Shown here: piece by piece, positions 1-9,364 of the stretch
Position numbering within the stretch: the stretch's first letter is position 1
Layout of the letters: the number at the start of each line of letters is the position of its first letter
IMG/VR virus record: IMGVR_UViG_3300042015_000154
Coordinates: 40-64,039 of that record
DNA length: 64,000 nucleotides
DNA from: a virus
Lineage: Duplodnaviria > Caudoviricetes
Strand: one strand, 5' to 3'
The notes under the pieces: generated by a model
The model's database searches: none
Told to the model about the DNA's origin: nothing
What the model saw: the letters and a program-made list of their open reading frames with translations, nothing else
Made by a program: the position numbers and the translations under genes

Positions 1-88
1 GGAACCTCTCACAATGCGTAATCAGATCCTCACCGCGCTGGCTTTGCTGGCGCTCTCCACGGTCGCCAACGCGGGCAACGACAACGGC
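1..88. repeat. Left copy of 88-bp terminal overlap (genome circularity / terminal redundancy)
   Basis: Bases 1-88 (ggaacctctcacaatgcg...acaacggc) are identical to 63913-64000. Confidence 0.95.
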
Positions 89-1012
89 CCGACGTTCTTT
101 GGCGACACCACGAACAACAACCAGACCTACAACCAGCCCACCGCGCACGGCGGTGCTGGCGGCAACGCCAGCTCGATCGCGACGGGTGGTAACGCCACCG
201 GCGGTAACGCTGCGGCTACCGGCGGCAGCGTCGGTGACATCCGCAACACCAACACCGCGCTGGGCGGTGCCGGCGGTGCGGTGGTCGGCTCGGGCAACTC
301 GGACAACACCAACGTGAACACGGCGTTCGGTGGGCAGGGCGGTCAGGGTGGCCGCGGCGGTGACGGCGGCAACGCCGTGCAGGGCCAGCAGCAGGGCCAA
401 GGCCAGCTGCAGGGCCAGCAGCAGTCGAACGTCGGCATCAACGGCCAGTCGCAGGGCCAGAGCACCGATGTCGACACCCGCACCAGCACGAGCACTGCGC
501 AGGGCCAGTCGCAGGACGCGTCCTCGCAGAACGCCAACGACAACCGCTCCAGCGCTGCAGGCAACAGCACCAGCGTCGGCGGCCAGTCGGTGTCGTACTC
601 CAGCACCTACGTCGCCCGCCGCAATGCGGCGTCGAGTGCGTACGCCCCGGCGGTGTACCCGACGGCCTCGTGCCAGAAGGGCATCAGCGTCGGTATCTCG
701 GGCCTGATCGCCGGCCTGTCGGCGGGTGGTTCCATCACCGACACCGACTGCCGGATCGTCGTGCTGGGCCAGAATCTCGCTTCGCTGGGTGACCGCCAGT
801 CGGCGTGCGAGACGTTCAAGGCCACGGCGGCCTACACGGACGCCATCGCGGCGAACCCGAAGCTGGCGCAGGTGCTCCGCTGCGAGGCCCTGATCGATCT
901 GGTGGAAGTCGAGATCGAGCAGCCGCAGGCCGTGACCCCGGCGCAGAAGGCGCAGGAAGCCGGCTCGAAGTTCAAGTACCACACCGTGATCGAGAACGGC
1001 CGCAAGCTGTGA
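14..1012 (+). CDS. Secreted Gly/Asn/Gln-rich low-complexity protein with Cys-containing C-terminal domain
   Basis: Signal-peptide-like N-terminus MRNQILTALALLALSTVANA; GGNA/GGAGG and QGQQQGQ repeats; strong codon bias; upstream AAGGA. Confidence 0.85.
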   Translation: MRNQILTALALLALSTVANAGNDNGPTFFGDTTNNNQTYNQPTAHGGAGGNASSIATGGNATGGNAAATGGSVGDIRNTNTALGGAGGAVVGSGNSDNTNVNTAFGGQGGQGGRGGDGGNAVQGQQQGQGQLQGQQQSNVGINGQSQGQSTDVDTRTSTSTAQGQSQDASSQNANDNRSSAAGNSTSVGGQSVSYSSTYVARRNAASSAYAPAVYPTASCQKGISVGISGLIAGLSAGGSITDTDCRIVVLGQNLASLGDRQSACETFKATAAYTDAIAANPKLAQVLRCEALIDLVEVEIEQPQAVTPAQKAQEAGSKFKYHTVIENGRKL

Positions 1013-1015
1013 TGC

Positions 1016-1043
1016 TTGACTCCTGATGGCGTCGCTGTAATGT
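1016..1043 (+). promoter_or_regulatory. Putative sigma70-type promoter TTGACT-N16-TAATGT
   Basis: Near-consensus -35 directly after the stop of ORF 14..1012; same spacing as the candidate at 63817. Confidence 0.45.
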
Positions 1044-1045
1044 CG

Positions 1046-1075
1046 CACTGCCGGGGTTAAACCCGGCAGTGTTTT
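1046..1075 (+). terminator. Rho-independent terminator
   Basis: Perfect 10-bp stem CACTGCCGGG/CCCGGCAGTG, 6-nt loop, then TTTT. Confidence 0.7.
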
Positions 1076-1146
1076 GGAGACCACCCTTGCCATGCCAACC
1101 CTTTCCCGTACGTGGACTGGTGAGCGGCGAGGGTGGTTTCCAAAGC

Positions 1147-1162
1147 ACTAAAACGTTTTAGT
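1147..1162. promoter_or_regulatory. Palindromic motif copy (ACTAAAACGTTTTAGT)
   Basis: Perfect 16-bp palindrome; same core as ten copies at 47.7-61 kb; precedes the RBS of ORF 1180. Confidence 0.8.
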
Positions 1163-1179
1163 CTCGGGGGAGACACAAC

Positions 1180-1521
1180 ATGGACTTCGCTGCATCCCTT
1201 CGCTATATCGCGCAGGAGAATCCCGAGCTGCTTGCCGACATGCAAGCGCTCGTCGCTGCGTGCCCCGCCGAGCGGGAACGCCTCAACCGCATCTTCGTTG
1301 CGATCGGCCTGATTAAAGGCCAGTGCGTCGAGAAGCGCAACGCGGCGATGAACCTGATCGGCTTCCGCGGCACTGGCTTCAACGGCGAGTTCACCAAGTC
1401 GCAGACGCTGCGACAACCCCCCGATGTAATGATCCGTCGCCTCTGCCAGATCGCAGAAGTGGCGCACGAATATGCCGGTGACCCGGCTTTCCTAGACGCC
1501 TTGGAGGCGCGCAATGGCTGA
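1180..1521 (+). CDS. Hypothetical protein
   Basis: GGGGGAG RBS, ATG start, overlaps next gene. Confidence 0.7.
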   Translation: MDFAASLRYIAQENPELLADMQALVAACPAERERLNRIFVAIGLIKGQCVEKRNAAMNLIGFRGTGFNGEFTKSQTLRQPPDVMIRRLCQIAEVAHEYAGDPAFLDALEARNG

Positions 1522-1888
1522 AGTCACCATCAATGACCTGATCGGCAAGGTGCTGGTCGGTGTCGACTTCGATCCGCAGGTGCAGGAAGCCAAGCGCGTG
1601 GTGTTCCACTGCATGACGGGTGAGCGTTACGAGATGCTGCACCATCAAGACTGCTGCGAGTGCGTCGAGCTGCACGACATCTGCGGCGACATCGCCGACC
1701 TGCATGGCCTCGTGATCGACGCACGGGAAGAGCCGGGCGAGAGCAAGAAGGAAGGCGAAGAGGGCGACTACGAGTCGTGCACGTGGACGTTCTATGTCAT
1801 CCAGACCGAGAAGGGCGCGGTGACGCTGCGCTGGCTCGGCGTGTCGAATGGCTACTACAGCGAAGGCGTTGACTTCCAACGCTGCTGA
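1514..1888 (+). CDS. Conserved phage protein (HHQDCCE...WTFY...WLGxSNGYYSE type)
   Basis: GGAGG RBS; motif pattern recognisable from a widespread phage hypothetical family. Confidence 0.8.
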   Translation: MAEVTINDLIGKVLVGVDFDPQVQEAKRVVFHCMTGERYEMLHHQDCCECVELHDICGDIADLHGLVIDAREEPGESKKEGEEGDYESCTWTFYVIQTEKGAVTLRWLGVSNGYYSEGVDFQRC

Positions 1889-1901
1889 TCAGGAGAGTGT
1901 C

Positions 1902-2096
1902 ATGGCTGAGAAACAACCCAGTGCATACGTTGTGAGCCGGTACGCCCTGCCCACCCCGCGGAACAACTTCCACATCGGCGACAACATTCCGGTCAAGGTG
2001 TACGACACCCGCCGCAAAGCCCGTGCCTACGAGCAGCTGATGTCCAAGCGCTCGAAGACGTACGGCTACGTCGTCCACCGCGTGAAGCAGGGCTGA
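1902..2096 (+). CDS. Small basic hypothetical protein
   Basis: AGGAGAG RBS before ATG 1902. Confidence 0.6.
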   Translation: MAEKQPSAYVVSRYALPTPRNNFHIGDNIPVKVYDTRRKARAYEQLMSKRSKTYGYVVHRVKQG

Positions 2097-2185
2097 GCCG
2101 TGAAGCGCGCCATCATTGCCGTAACCGCTTTCGCTACCGGCGTAGCGTTCTCTGTTGTAATCGCCGCGATTATGGAGCTAGCAAA

Positions 2186-2896
2186 ATGAGCTACACGAAA
2201 CTCAAGGACTTCGCCACCTGCATGGTGAACGAGGACGGATCTTACGTGCGGACCACCCCGTCGCCGAAGCAGACGGTGTACATCGAGAAGGTCGGCGACA
2301 TGCGCATGTTTATCTTCGTGCCGGAGTTCATGGCGAGCGCGCTATTCGGCAGCTGGAAGCCGAAGCAGGCCGGTGTCGAGCTGTCGGTCATGGGTCTGAC
2401 CAAGCGCAACCGCTACACGAAGGACAAAGAAACCGGACGCATCCTCGCCGGCCGTTCACCCGAGTCGCTGGAGCAGGCATGGCGTGATATGTGCACGGCC
2501 TTCAGCCAGCTGGTGACCACGACCACGCTGGAACCGCGCATCGTGATCCGCAATACGCGTGACAACTTCCGAGACCACAGCGCCACCAACAACGAGACGC
2601 GGATCAGCTTCGACTTCTACCGCTACCTGCACAACACGCGCGAACCGAAGGACCGGTACGACACCGTCGACCACTACGAGTGGAACGAAGACAACAAACC
2701 CGTGCGACGCCGCAGCATGTTCATTCGCGATGAAGACGTGGAGGTGGTGTACGACCCCGTGCTGTGGGAGCGGCTGTGCCTGCTGCGGGACCAGATGCGT
2801 GCGGCGAGCAAGCAGCTCGACTCGCTCATCAAGAACAAGTCCATCGTGGAGCGCCTGCTGTCCGGCAAGTCGCCCCTCATGCTGGAGGCCAAGTAA
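2186..2896 (+). CDS. Hypothetical protein
   Basis: GGAG RBS, codon bias, abuts the polymerase gene. Confidence 0.75.
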   Translation: MSYTKLKDFATCMVNEDGSYVRTTPSPKQTVYIEKVGDMRMFIFVPEFMASALFGSWKPKQAGVELSVMGLTKRNRYTKDKETGRILAGRSPESLEQAWRDMCTAFSQLVTTTTLEPRIVIRNTRDNFRDHSATNNETRISFDFYRYLHNTREPKDRYDTVDHYEWNEDNKPVRRRSMFIRDEDVEVVYDPVLWERLCLLRDQMRAASKQLDSLIKNKSIVERLLSGKSPLMLEAK

Positions 2897-4867
2897 GTGT
2901 CGCTGGTGATCGTCGACTTCGAGACGTTCTATGGGCCGGGTTACGGGCTGAAGGAACTGACGACTGAAGAGTACGTTCGTGACCATCGCTTCCAAGTGAT
3001 TGGTGTGAGCCTCAAGGTCGACGATCATCCAGCGAAGTGGTACAGCGGGTCGCACGAATACATCAAGTCGGTGCTGGCTCAGATCCCGTGGGATCGCGTG
3101 GTGATGGCGGCGCATAACGCACGCTTCGACGCGACGATCCTGAACTGGATCTTCGGCTTCAAGCCCAAGAAGTACCTGTGCACCATGCAGATGGCGCGCG
3201 GCCTCGTCGGTCTCGACACCTCCTGCTCGCTGGAGAATCTGGGCAAGTATTTCCAGCTCCAGCGGCAGAAGGGGCACGAGGTGGTGAAGGCGTACGGCAA
3301 GCGGCTCGAAGACTTCAACGCCTACGAGCTGGCCGAGTACGGCGCCTACTGCGAGAACGATTCGGAGATGTGCCGCGAGCTGGTCGACATCCTGCTGCCC
3401 TGCACGCTGCAGTCGGAAGTGATGCTGCAGGACTGGACGATCCGCAGCTATGTCGAGCCGAAGCTGGTGCTCAACGAGAAGGTGCTGACGGACGAGCTGG
3501 CGGCGTATCAGGTGCGCAAGGGCCAGCTGCTGGCGGCGTGTGGTGTCAACAACGTGGAGGATCTGCGATCGGACGACACGCTGGCCGAGCTGCTGGTCAG
3601 CATCGGCTGCGCTCCGCCGATGAAGTTCTCGCCCAAGCGCAAGGATCCAGTGACGGGCGAGCCGCTGGAGGTGTACGCGTTCGCCAAGAGCGACCCCGAG
3701 TTCTTCGACTTGTTGGATGACCCGGACGAGCGCGTAGCGGCACTGGTCGAAGCGCGTCTGGGCCTGAAGACGTCGATCGTGGAGTCGCGCCTGCTCCGCC
3801 TCATTGGTATCGCGCGCCGTGGCCCGATGCCGATGCCGGTTGTGTATGCAGGCGCGACTCCCACCCGGCGCTGGGCAGGCGACGAGAAGATCAACGTACA
3901 GAACTTCCCGCGCAGTAAGCCGGCGCGCAACCCGGACCGGTCTATCATCCTCGACGCGAAGGGCAAGCCGGTGATCACGCCCTCGCCGCTGCGCAAGGCG
4001 ATCTGCGCCCCGCCGGGCAAGAAGATGGCGGCCGCGGATCTCTCACAGATCGAGCTGCGCGTGAACTGCTGGCACTCCGGGCAGCGCGACATCCTCGACG
4101 CCTTGGCCGGTGGCGGCGACACGTACAGCGACATGGCCACGGTGGCGTTCGGGTTCCACGTCAACAAGCACGACCACCCCAACGAACGCTTCGTCGGCAA
4201 GACCGCCACGCTGGGCTGCGGTTACCAGTGCGGCAGCAGGAAGTTCCAGACCATGCTGCGCGTGGACTCGCGCAAGTACGACATCGCGCTGGACGACGAG
4301 TCGTTCGAGTTCGCCGATCGCGTGGTGAAAGCGTTCCGCGCGAAGAACACGAAGATCGTGGACTTCTGGTATCGCGCTGCCGACGCGTTGCCGCTGATCG
4401 CCTACGGACAGGACGGCCACATCGGCCCGTACGAGATCCGCGATCGGAAGATCTGGCTGCCCAACGGCAGCTACCTGTACTACCCCGACCTGCGCTACAC
4501 GGAGAAGGAAGGCGAGAACGAGCAGGGGTGCGAGTGGACCTACCTGCGCATGTTCAAGCGCAACAAGATCCGCAAGAAGATCTATGGCGGGTTGCTCACC
4601 GAGAACATCACGCAGGCAGTGGCTCGCCTGTTCGTGTCGGACGCCATGCTGCGATTGGAGTCGGTGAAGTACAACGACGGCCGGCAGGTGTTCGATATCG
4701 TGTTCACCGTGCACGATGAAATCGTCGTGCTGTTCGATGAAGGCCTCGACGAAGACTGGGTGCGCGCCACGCTCAAGTGGGCGATGACGACGAACCCGAT
4801 CTGGGCCCCTGACCTGCCGCTCGCCTGCGACATCGGCATCGGCTACAACTACGCGGAGTGCAAGTAA
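2897..4867 (+). CDS. DNA polymerase, family A, with N-terminal 3'-5' exonuclease
   Basis: ExoI IVDFET, ExoII HNARFD, ExoIII YCEND; motif A DLSQIELR; motif B RFVGKTATLGCGY; motif C VHDE. Confidence 0.95.
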   Translation: MSLVIVDFETFYGPGYGLKELTTEEYVRDHRFQVIGVSLKVDDHPAKWYSGSHEYIKSVLAQIPWDRVVMAAHNARFDATILNWIFGFKPKKYLCTMQMARGLVGLDTSCSLENLGKYFQLQRQKGHEVVKAYGKRLEDFNAYELAEYGAYCENDSEMCRELVDILLPCTLQSEVMLQDWTIRSYVEPKLVLNEKVLTDELAAYQVRKGQLLAACGVNNVEDLRSDDTLAELLVSIGCAPPMKFSPKRKDPVTGEPLEVYAFAKSDPEFFDLLDDPDERVAALVEARLGLKTSIVESRLLRLIGIARRGPMPMPVVYAGATPTRRWAGDEKINVQNFPRSKPARNPDRSIILDAKGKPVITPSPLRKAICAPPGKKMAAADLSQIELRVNCWHSGQRDILDALAGGGDTYSDMATVAFGFHVNKHDHPNERFVGKTATLGCGYQCGSRKFQTMLRVDSRKYDIALDDESFEFADRVVKAFRAKNTKIVDFWYRAADALPLIAYGQDGHIGPYEIRDRKIWLPNGSYLYYPDLRYTEKEGENEQGCEWTYLRMFKRNKIRKKIYGGLLTENITQAVARLFVSDAMLRLESVKYNDGRQVFDIVFTVHDEIVVLFDEGLDEDWVRATLKWAMTTNPIWAPDLPLACDIGIGYNYAECK

Positions 4868-5583
4868 TGCCACGTCCCATCATTGCATGGAGCTACAGCG
4901 GTTTGACGAACTTCGAGGGCTGCCCGCGGCGGTTCTGGGCGACGAAGATCGGCAAGGTGGTGAGCGACGTCAACCAGTACAACCTCAAGGGCGACGAAGA
5001 GCACCAGTCGCTGCAGCTGCGCCTGACACACAACATGCCGCTGCACCGGAACCTCGCGCCGCTCGAACCCCTGATGCAGAAGCTCGCCGCCGCGCCGGGC
5101 CAGCAGTACGTGGAGCGCAAGCTCACGCTGCGGCAGGACTACGTGCCGTGCCGCGGTGACGACTGGAACAACGCGTGGGTTCGCGGCGCAGCGGACTGGG
5201 TGAAGATCTACAACGTCAATGGCATCTACATCGACTGGAAGTCGGGCAAGCCCCGCAACGACTTCGAGGACCAGATCAACCTCACCGCGCTCCTGCTGTT
5301 CGAGCACTTCCCCGCATTGCAGACCCTCAAGGGCTCGATGCTGTACTACCGCCACAACAAGCTCACGCCGCCCCACACCGTCACCCGCGCCGACGCACCG
5401 CTCCTGTGGAACGGCTACATCTCCCGGGTGAAGGAACTGGAGCAAGCGAAGATCAACGACAACTGGCCGACGAACCCGTCGCCGCTGTGTGGCTGGTGCC
5501 CGTACAAGGCCTGCCCGTTCAACAAGATGGACGAACGCCTCGCTACCGAGGCGCAAGGCCTGAAGTGGAAGTTCTCTCAATAA
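4867..5583 (+). CDS. Cas4-like PD-(D/E)XK exonuclease
   Basis: WSYS...CPRR N-terminus, D...IDWKSGK core, C-terminal CGWCPYKAC; TAATG coupling to the polymerase. Confidence 0.85.
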   Translation: MPRPIIAWSYSGLTNFEGCPRRFWATKIGKVVSDVNQYNLKGDEEHQSLQLRLTHNMPLHRNLAPLEPLMQKLAAAPGQQYVERKLTLRQDYVPCRGDDWNNAWVRGAADWVKIYNVNGIYIDWKSGKPRNDFEDQINLTALLLFEHFPALQTLKGSMLYYRHNKLTPPHTVTRADAPLLWNGYISRVKELEQAKINDNWPTNPSPLCGWCPYKACPFNKMDERLATEAQGLKWKFSQ

Positions 5584-5604
5584 CTCGCCCACAGGGGGCT
5601 TAGC

Positions 5605-6045
5605 ATGGAAACCGCAATCCGCCGCTTCACCGCATTCCGCCGCAACCTCTCCGAGCGTGGCTCGCATACCGAAGCACAACGCAATGCCGACGACCAACCG
5701 CAGTACGAGGGCGTCGTGTTTTCCAGTGGCCGTTGTGTCATCCAGTGGCTGACCAGCGCGAAGTCAATCGCGATCTTCGATACGTTGGAGCAGATGCTGC
5801 AGATCCACGGCCACCCGGAGTACGGCACCGAGATCCTGTGGCACGACGAGCACATGCCGCTGGAGTGGGAGAAGATGCTGGTCGCGCACGCCGAGAAGCG
5901 GCAGGCCGAGTTCCACCACGCGGATATGTCCGACGTGACGCTGCGCGAAGAGCGCGATGCGGACGGCCACCTCATGCAGCTGCAGCTGGTGCTGCCGGCC
6001 AGCAACGAGACGCTGGAGTACATCTACCCGGTGGCGCTGCCATGA
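5605..6045 (+). CDS. Hypothetical protein (EGVVFSSGRCVIQW...IHGH type)
   Basis: ORF with codon bias inside the operon. Confidence 0.7.
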   Translation: METAIRRFTAFRRNLSERGSHTEAQRNADDQPQYEGVVFSSGRCVIQWLTSAKSIAIFDTLEQMLQIHGHPEYGTEILWHDEHMPLEWEKMLVAHAEKRQAEFHHADMSDVTLREERDADGHLMQLQLVLPASNETLEYIYPVALP

Positions 6046-6299
6046 GTACCGAACGCGAGGGCGCCGAGATCACGCTGGAGATGATGGGCGATATCCTCGA
6101 ACAGCGGATCATTTCAGCACTGATGGACCGGTTGTCACTGCGCCTCACGGTTCGGCAGCATACCCAATCTACTCTGACGCTACGGGCCGAGCTTGTGGAC
6201 ACGCGTACGGACAGGCAGGTGATGTCGAGTGAGGTACCGCTCTCGATCGTACCGGATCAGTGGCGCGTGCCTCGACTGGCATCGACGTTTAGCCAATGA
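6042..6299 (+). CDS. Hypothetical protein
   Basis: ATGA overlaps at both ends. Confidence 0.55.
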   Translation: MSTEREGAEITLEMMGDILEQRIISALMDRLSLRLTVRQHTQSTLTLRAELVDTRTDRQVMSSEVPLSIVPDQWRVPRLASTFSQ

Positions 6300-6634
6300 C
6301 CAAGAAGACGCCCGAAGACAAGGCCAAGGATGAGGTGAAGGCCGTCATCAAGGAAGTGTGCGCGGCGCGCGGGCTGAAGTACCGCATCGACTGGCACGCC
6401 GGCAGCGCGTTCGAGTCGACGCTGGATGGCACGGGGGTGATCGCCGGTCACCCCTTCATCTGCGAGATCAAGCGGTTCGACGAGAACGAGCAACCCACCG
6501 CACGCCAGAAGATCCACATGCAGGACTACAACGATGCCGGCGCTAAAGTGTTCGACCTGATCGATCGCACCGCGCTGCACGCCCTACGCTATTGGCTGGA
6601 AACGCTGGAACCCCGAGAGCCCCACGACCCATGA
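6296..6634 (+). CDS. VRR-NUC-like nuclease / possible Holliday junction resolvase
   Basis: PE..K..V start, D...G.PFICEIKR, PTARQ motif; replication-module context. Confidence 0.75.
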   Translation: MTKKTPEDKAKDEVKAVIKEVCAARGLKYRIDWHAGSAFESTLDGTGVIAGHPFICEIKRFDENEQPTARQKIHMQDYNDAGAKVFDLIDRTALHALRYWLETLEPREPHDP

Positions 6635-7017
6635 ACACGATGACTAAGCCCGAAACCGAGAAGCTGCCGGAGTTCACTATCGTGGCCGGCGCAGAGTGGG
6701 AAGTCGAAGCAGTCGTAAACGCACACCTTCGCGAAGGCTGGGCACTACATGGCGGAATGTCTGTTGTCTCAGTTGTTGGTAACTACGACGTGCCTGCTGT
6801 TCGTTGCATTCAGCCGATGATCCGCGCGCAGACCGGCGGGGCCACGCCAGACGCCGCGCCCGATGCGGTGGAGTGGCAGGACATTCTGCGCGACATTTGC
6901 GAGTCGCCAGTGGCTGATCCAGACCACACCAACACGATCTGCATCGACCGCGACTTCCTGCAATCCATTCTGGAATCGCATCTCGCCCACGCCCGCAGCG
7001 CTGGAGGGGAAGGGTGA
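6631..7017 (+). CDS. Hypothetical protein with DUF1737-like N-terminus
   Basis: VNAHLREGWALHGG...QPMIR pattern; overlapping start/stop codons. Confidence 0.55.
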   Translation: MNTMTKPETEKLPEFTIVAGAEWEVEAVVNAHLREGWALHGGMSVVSVVGNYDVPAVRCIQPMIRAQTGGATPDAAPDAVEWQDILRDICESPVADPDHTNTICIDRDFLQSILESHLAHARSAGGEG

Positions 7018-8579
7018 AAGCAATCCCGTACCGTGGCCACCTGATCATCCCGGCGGACAACCGCGTCGCCGTGATGATCCCGCACGCCAAGCCGTTCGTG
7101 TCCGAAGGGCAGCAGCTCATGCTGGTGCCGCACGGTGTGGACGAGACGGCGCTGCTGCGTAACCTCGACTACGACGTGCGCCCGCCGGTCATGCTGCAGT
7201 ACGACTGGCCGTCGCCGCTGGGCAAGCCGCCGTTCGACGCACAGAAGCAAACCACGGCCCTGATCACCTCGAACCGCCGCAGTTACGTGCTCAACGGTCT
7301 GGGCACTGGCAAGACGCGCGCAGCGCTGTACGCCTACGACTACCTGCGCAAGTCGCAGCTCAGCCGCGCCGGCAAGCTGCTGGTCACCGCACCGCTGTCG
7401 ACGCTGCGCCAGACGTGGGCGAAGGAAATGCTCATGGTGTTCCCCGAGATGAAGTACGAGGTGCTGCACGGGAGCAAGGCCAAGCGCGTGAAGCTGCTCG
7501 ACAGCGACGCCGACGTGTTCATCATCAACCACGATGGCGTGGAGGTGATCATCAACGAGCTGATGGAGCGCAAGGACAAGTTCGGCATGGTGGTGCTCGA
7601 CGAGCTGTCCGTTTACAAGAACGCACGCACCGAGCTGTTCAAGAAGACGTATCGCTTCGTGTCCGAGATCGACCGGGTGACGGGGCTCACCGCAACGCCG
7701 ATGCCGCAGGCAGCGACCGACGCGTACGGGCAGCTGAAGATGCTCACGCCGGCGGCGCTGAAGGGCATGCCGTTCGGACGGTTCCGCGAGATGATGATGA
7801 AGAAGGTCTCGCAGTTCCGCTGGATCAACCAACGCGATGCGGTCGAGCGCGTGCACCAGCTCATGCAGCCGAGCGTGCGCTTCACCCGCGACGACTGCTA
7901 CGACATCCCGCCGTGCCAGACCATGACGGTCGAGGCGCAGCTGACGCCGCAGCAAACGAAGTGGTTCCAGCAGATGGCAGCCGAGAGCGCGATCCCGGAC
8001 CACAACGTGGTGGCGGTGAACGCGGCGGACGAGATCAACAAGCTGCTGCAGATCGCGCTGGGTGTGGTCTACGACCGCGACCACAACGTGATCACGCTGG
8101 GCTGCCCGAGCCGCCTTGCCGAGATGGACAACATCATCGAGCAGTCCGACAGCAAGGTGATCATCCTCACGCCGTACAAGCACACGCTGGCCATGCTGGT
8201 CGAGCACGTGCGCAAGCGCTGGACGGCCGAGTTCATCTCCGGCGACGTAACCCCCACGGCCCGCGAGAAGATCTTTACCGCGTTTATGCACGCTCCGGAC
8301 CCCCACGTCCTGATCGCCCACCCGGACACGATGTCGCACGGCTTGACTCTTACCGAAGCCAGCACGATCATCTGGTTCGGCCCCCCTCAATCGCTCGAAA
8401 CCTACGAGCAGGCGAACGGCCGGATCACCCGAGCAGGGCAGCGCTACAGTCAGCTGATCGTGCATCTCATCGCAACGAAGCTGGAAGCCGAGATCTTCAA
8501 ACTGCTCGAACGCCGCGCGATCACCCAGCAGTCGCTGCTGGATATGTTCGAGTCGCAGGACAAAGGTGATCTGCTGTGA
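7014..8579 (+). CDS. SNF2-like superfamily 2 helicase
   Basis: Walker A GLGTGKT, DELS motif II, TATP motif III, HGLTLT, QANGRITRAGQ motif VI. Confidence 0.92.
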   Translation: MKAIPYRGHLIIPADNRVAVMIPHAKPFVSEGQQLMLVPHGVDETALLRNLDYDVRPPVMLQYDWPSPLGKPPFDAQKQTTALITSNRRSYVLNGLGTGKTRAALYAYDYLRKSQLSRAGKLLVTAPLSTLRQTWAKEMLMVFPEMKYEVLHGSKAKRVKLLDSDADVFIINHDGVEVIINELMERKDKFGMVVLDELSVYKNARTELFKKTYRFVSEIDRVTGLTATPMPQAATDAYGQLKMLTPAALKGMPFGRFREMMMKKVSQFRWINQRDAVERVHQLMQPSVRFTRDDCYDIPPCQTMTVEAQLTPQQTKWFQQMAAESAIPDHNVVAVNAADEINKLLQIALGVVYDRDHNVITLGCPSRLAEMDNIIEQSDSKVIILTPYKHTLAMLVEHVRKRWTAEFISGDVTPTAREKIFTAFMHAPDPHVLIAHPDTMSHGLTLTEASTIIWFGPPQSLETYEQANGRITRAGQRYSQLIVHLIATKLEAEIFKLLERRAITQQSLLDMFESQDKGDLL

Positions 8580-8902
8580 AGCGGCGCTACACCGATGCAG
8601 ACATTCTCCGCATCCGTAAGGCCCGCGGCACGCACAAGGAAATCGCTGCACGGGAAGGGTGTAGTCCGTCCTATGTAACGATGGTCAAAACCCGGCAACG
8701 CCGGGGCAAAGTCAAACAGAAGCGCCAGCGCACCGGTGCTCCTAACCGCTTCGCTCCGCGGCCTAACCGCCGCAAGTTTCCGGACGAGGTGATCACAGCT
8801 GTTCGCAGTGCCGTAGGAAAGGTGAAAGCAATCGCTCTGCAGTGGGGCATGAGCGAGTCGTACGCTTCCGAGATCCGCAACAAACAACGCCGCCAAAGGT
8901 AA
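8576..8902 (+). CDS. Basic DNA-binding protein with two HTH-like repeats
   Basis: THKEIAAREGCSPSYVTMVK and VKAIALQWGMSESYASEIR. Confidence 0.65.
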   Translation: MKRRYTDADILRIRKARGTHKEIAAREGCSPSYVTMVKTRQRRGKVKQKRQRTGAPNRFAPRPNRRKFPDEVITAVRSAVGKVKAIALQWGMSESYASEIRNKQRRQR

Positions 8903-8908
8903 CCTCTC

Positions 8909-9352
8909 ATGACTATTCGAGCATTCGAGTACGAACCGCTGCCCTCCGCAGCACCGCCTGCACCTCTGCCCAACGCGAACGAACTCACCGACAAGTATCG
9001 CGAGCTGCGCGATCGCAAGTCCGCGATCGAGCTGCAGATGAAGTCTGCAATGAAGCCGCTGACCGAAGAGATGGTCCGCATCGAAGGTGAGTTGATGAAC
9101 CTGCTCAACGCCACCGGCGCGCAGAACATCAACACGCCCAGCGGCACGGCCTACAAGTCCGAGACCCGCCGCTACTCCGTCGACGACCCGCACATCCTGA
9201 AGGAATGGGCGGAAGCCAACGGCCGCTCCGACATCTTCGAGAACCGTGTCTCGAAGGAAGCAATGGACGCCTTCATCGAAGCCCACGGCACGCTGCCGCC
9301 GGGTGTCAAGCTGTCCACGTTCGTCACCGTCAACATCCGCGCAAGCAAGTAA
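8909..9352 (+). CDS. Conserved phage coiled-coil protein of the replication module
   Basis: Coiled coil followed by TPSGTAYK and LPPGV; usual position before the SSB. Confidence 0.7.
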   Translation: MTIRAFEYEPLPSAAPPAPLPNANELTDKYRELRDRKSAIELQMKSAMKPLTEEMVRIEGELMNLLNATGAQNINTPSGTAYKSETRRYSVDDPHILKEWAEANGRSDIFENRVSKEAMDAFIEAHGTLPPGVKLSTFVTVNIRASK

Positions 9353-9364
9353 CCGAGGCTCATC

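Noticed and set aside
4867-5583. Cas4-like gene as evidence of a CRISPR-Cas system
   Set aside because: Stand-alone Cas4-like exonucleases are common in phage replication modules; no cas1/cas2 or array is present
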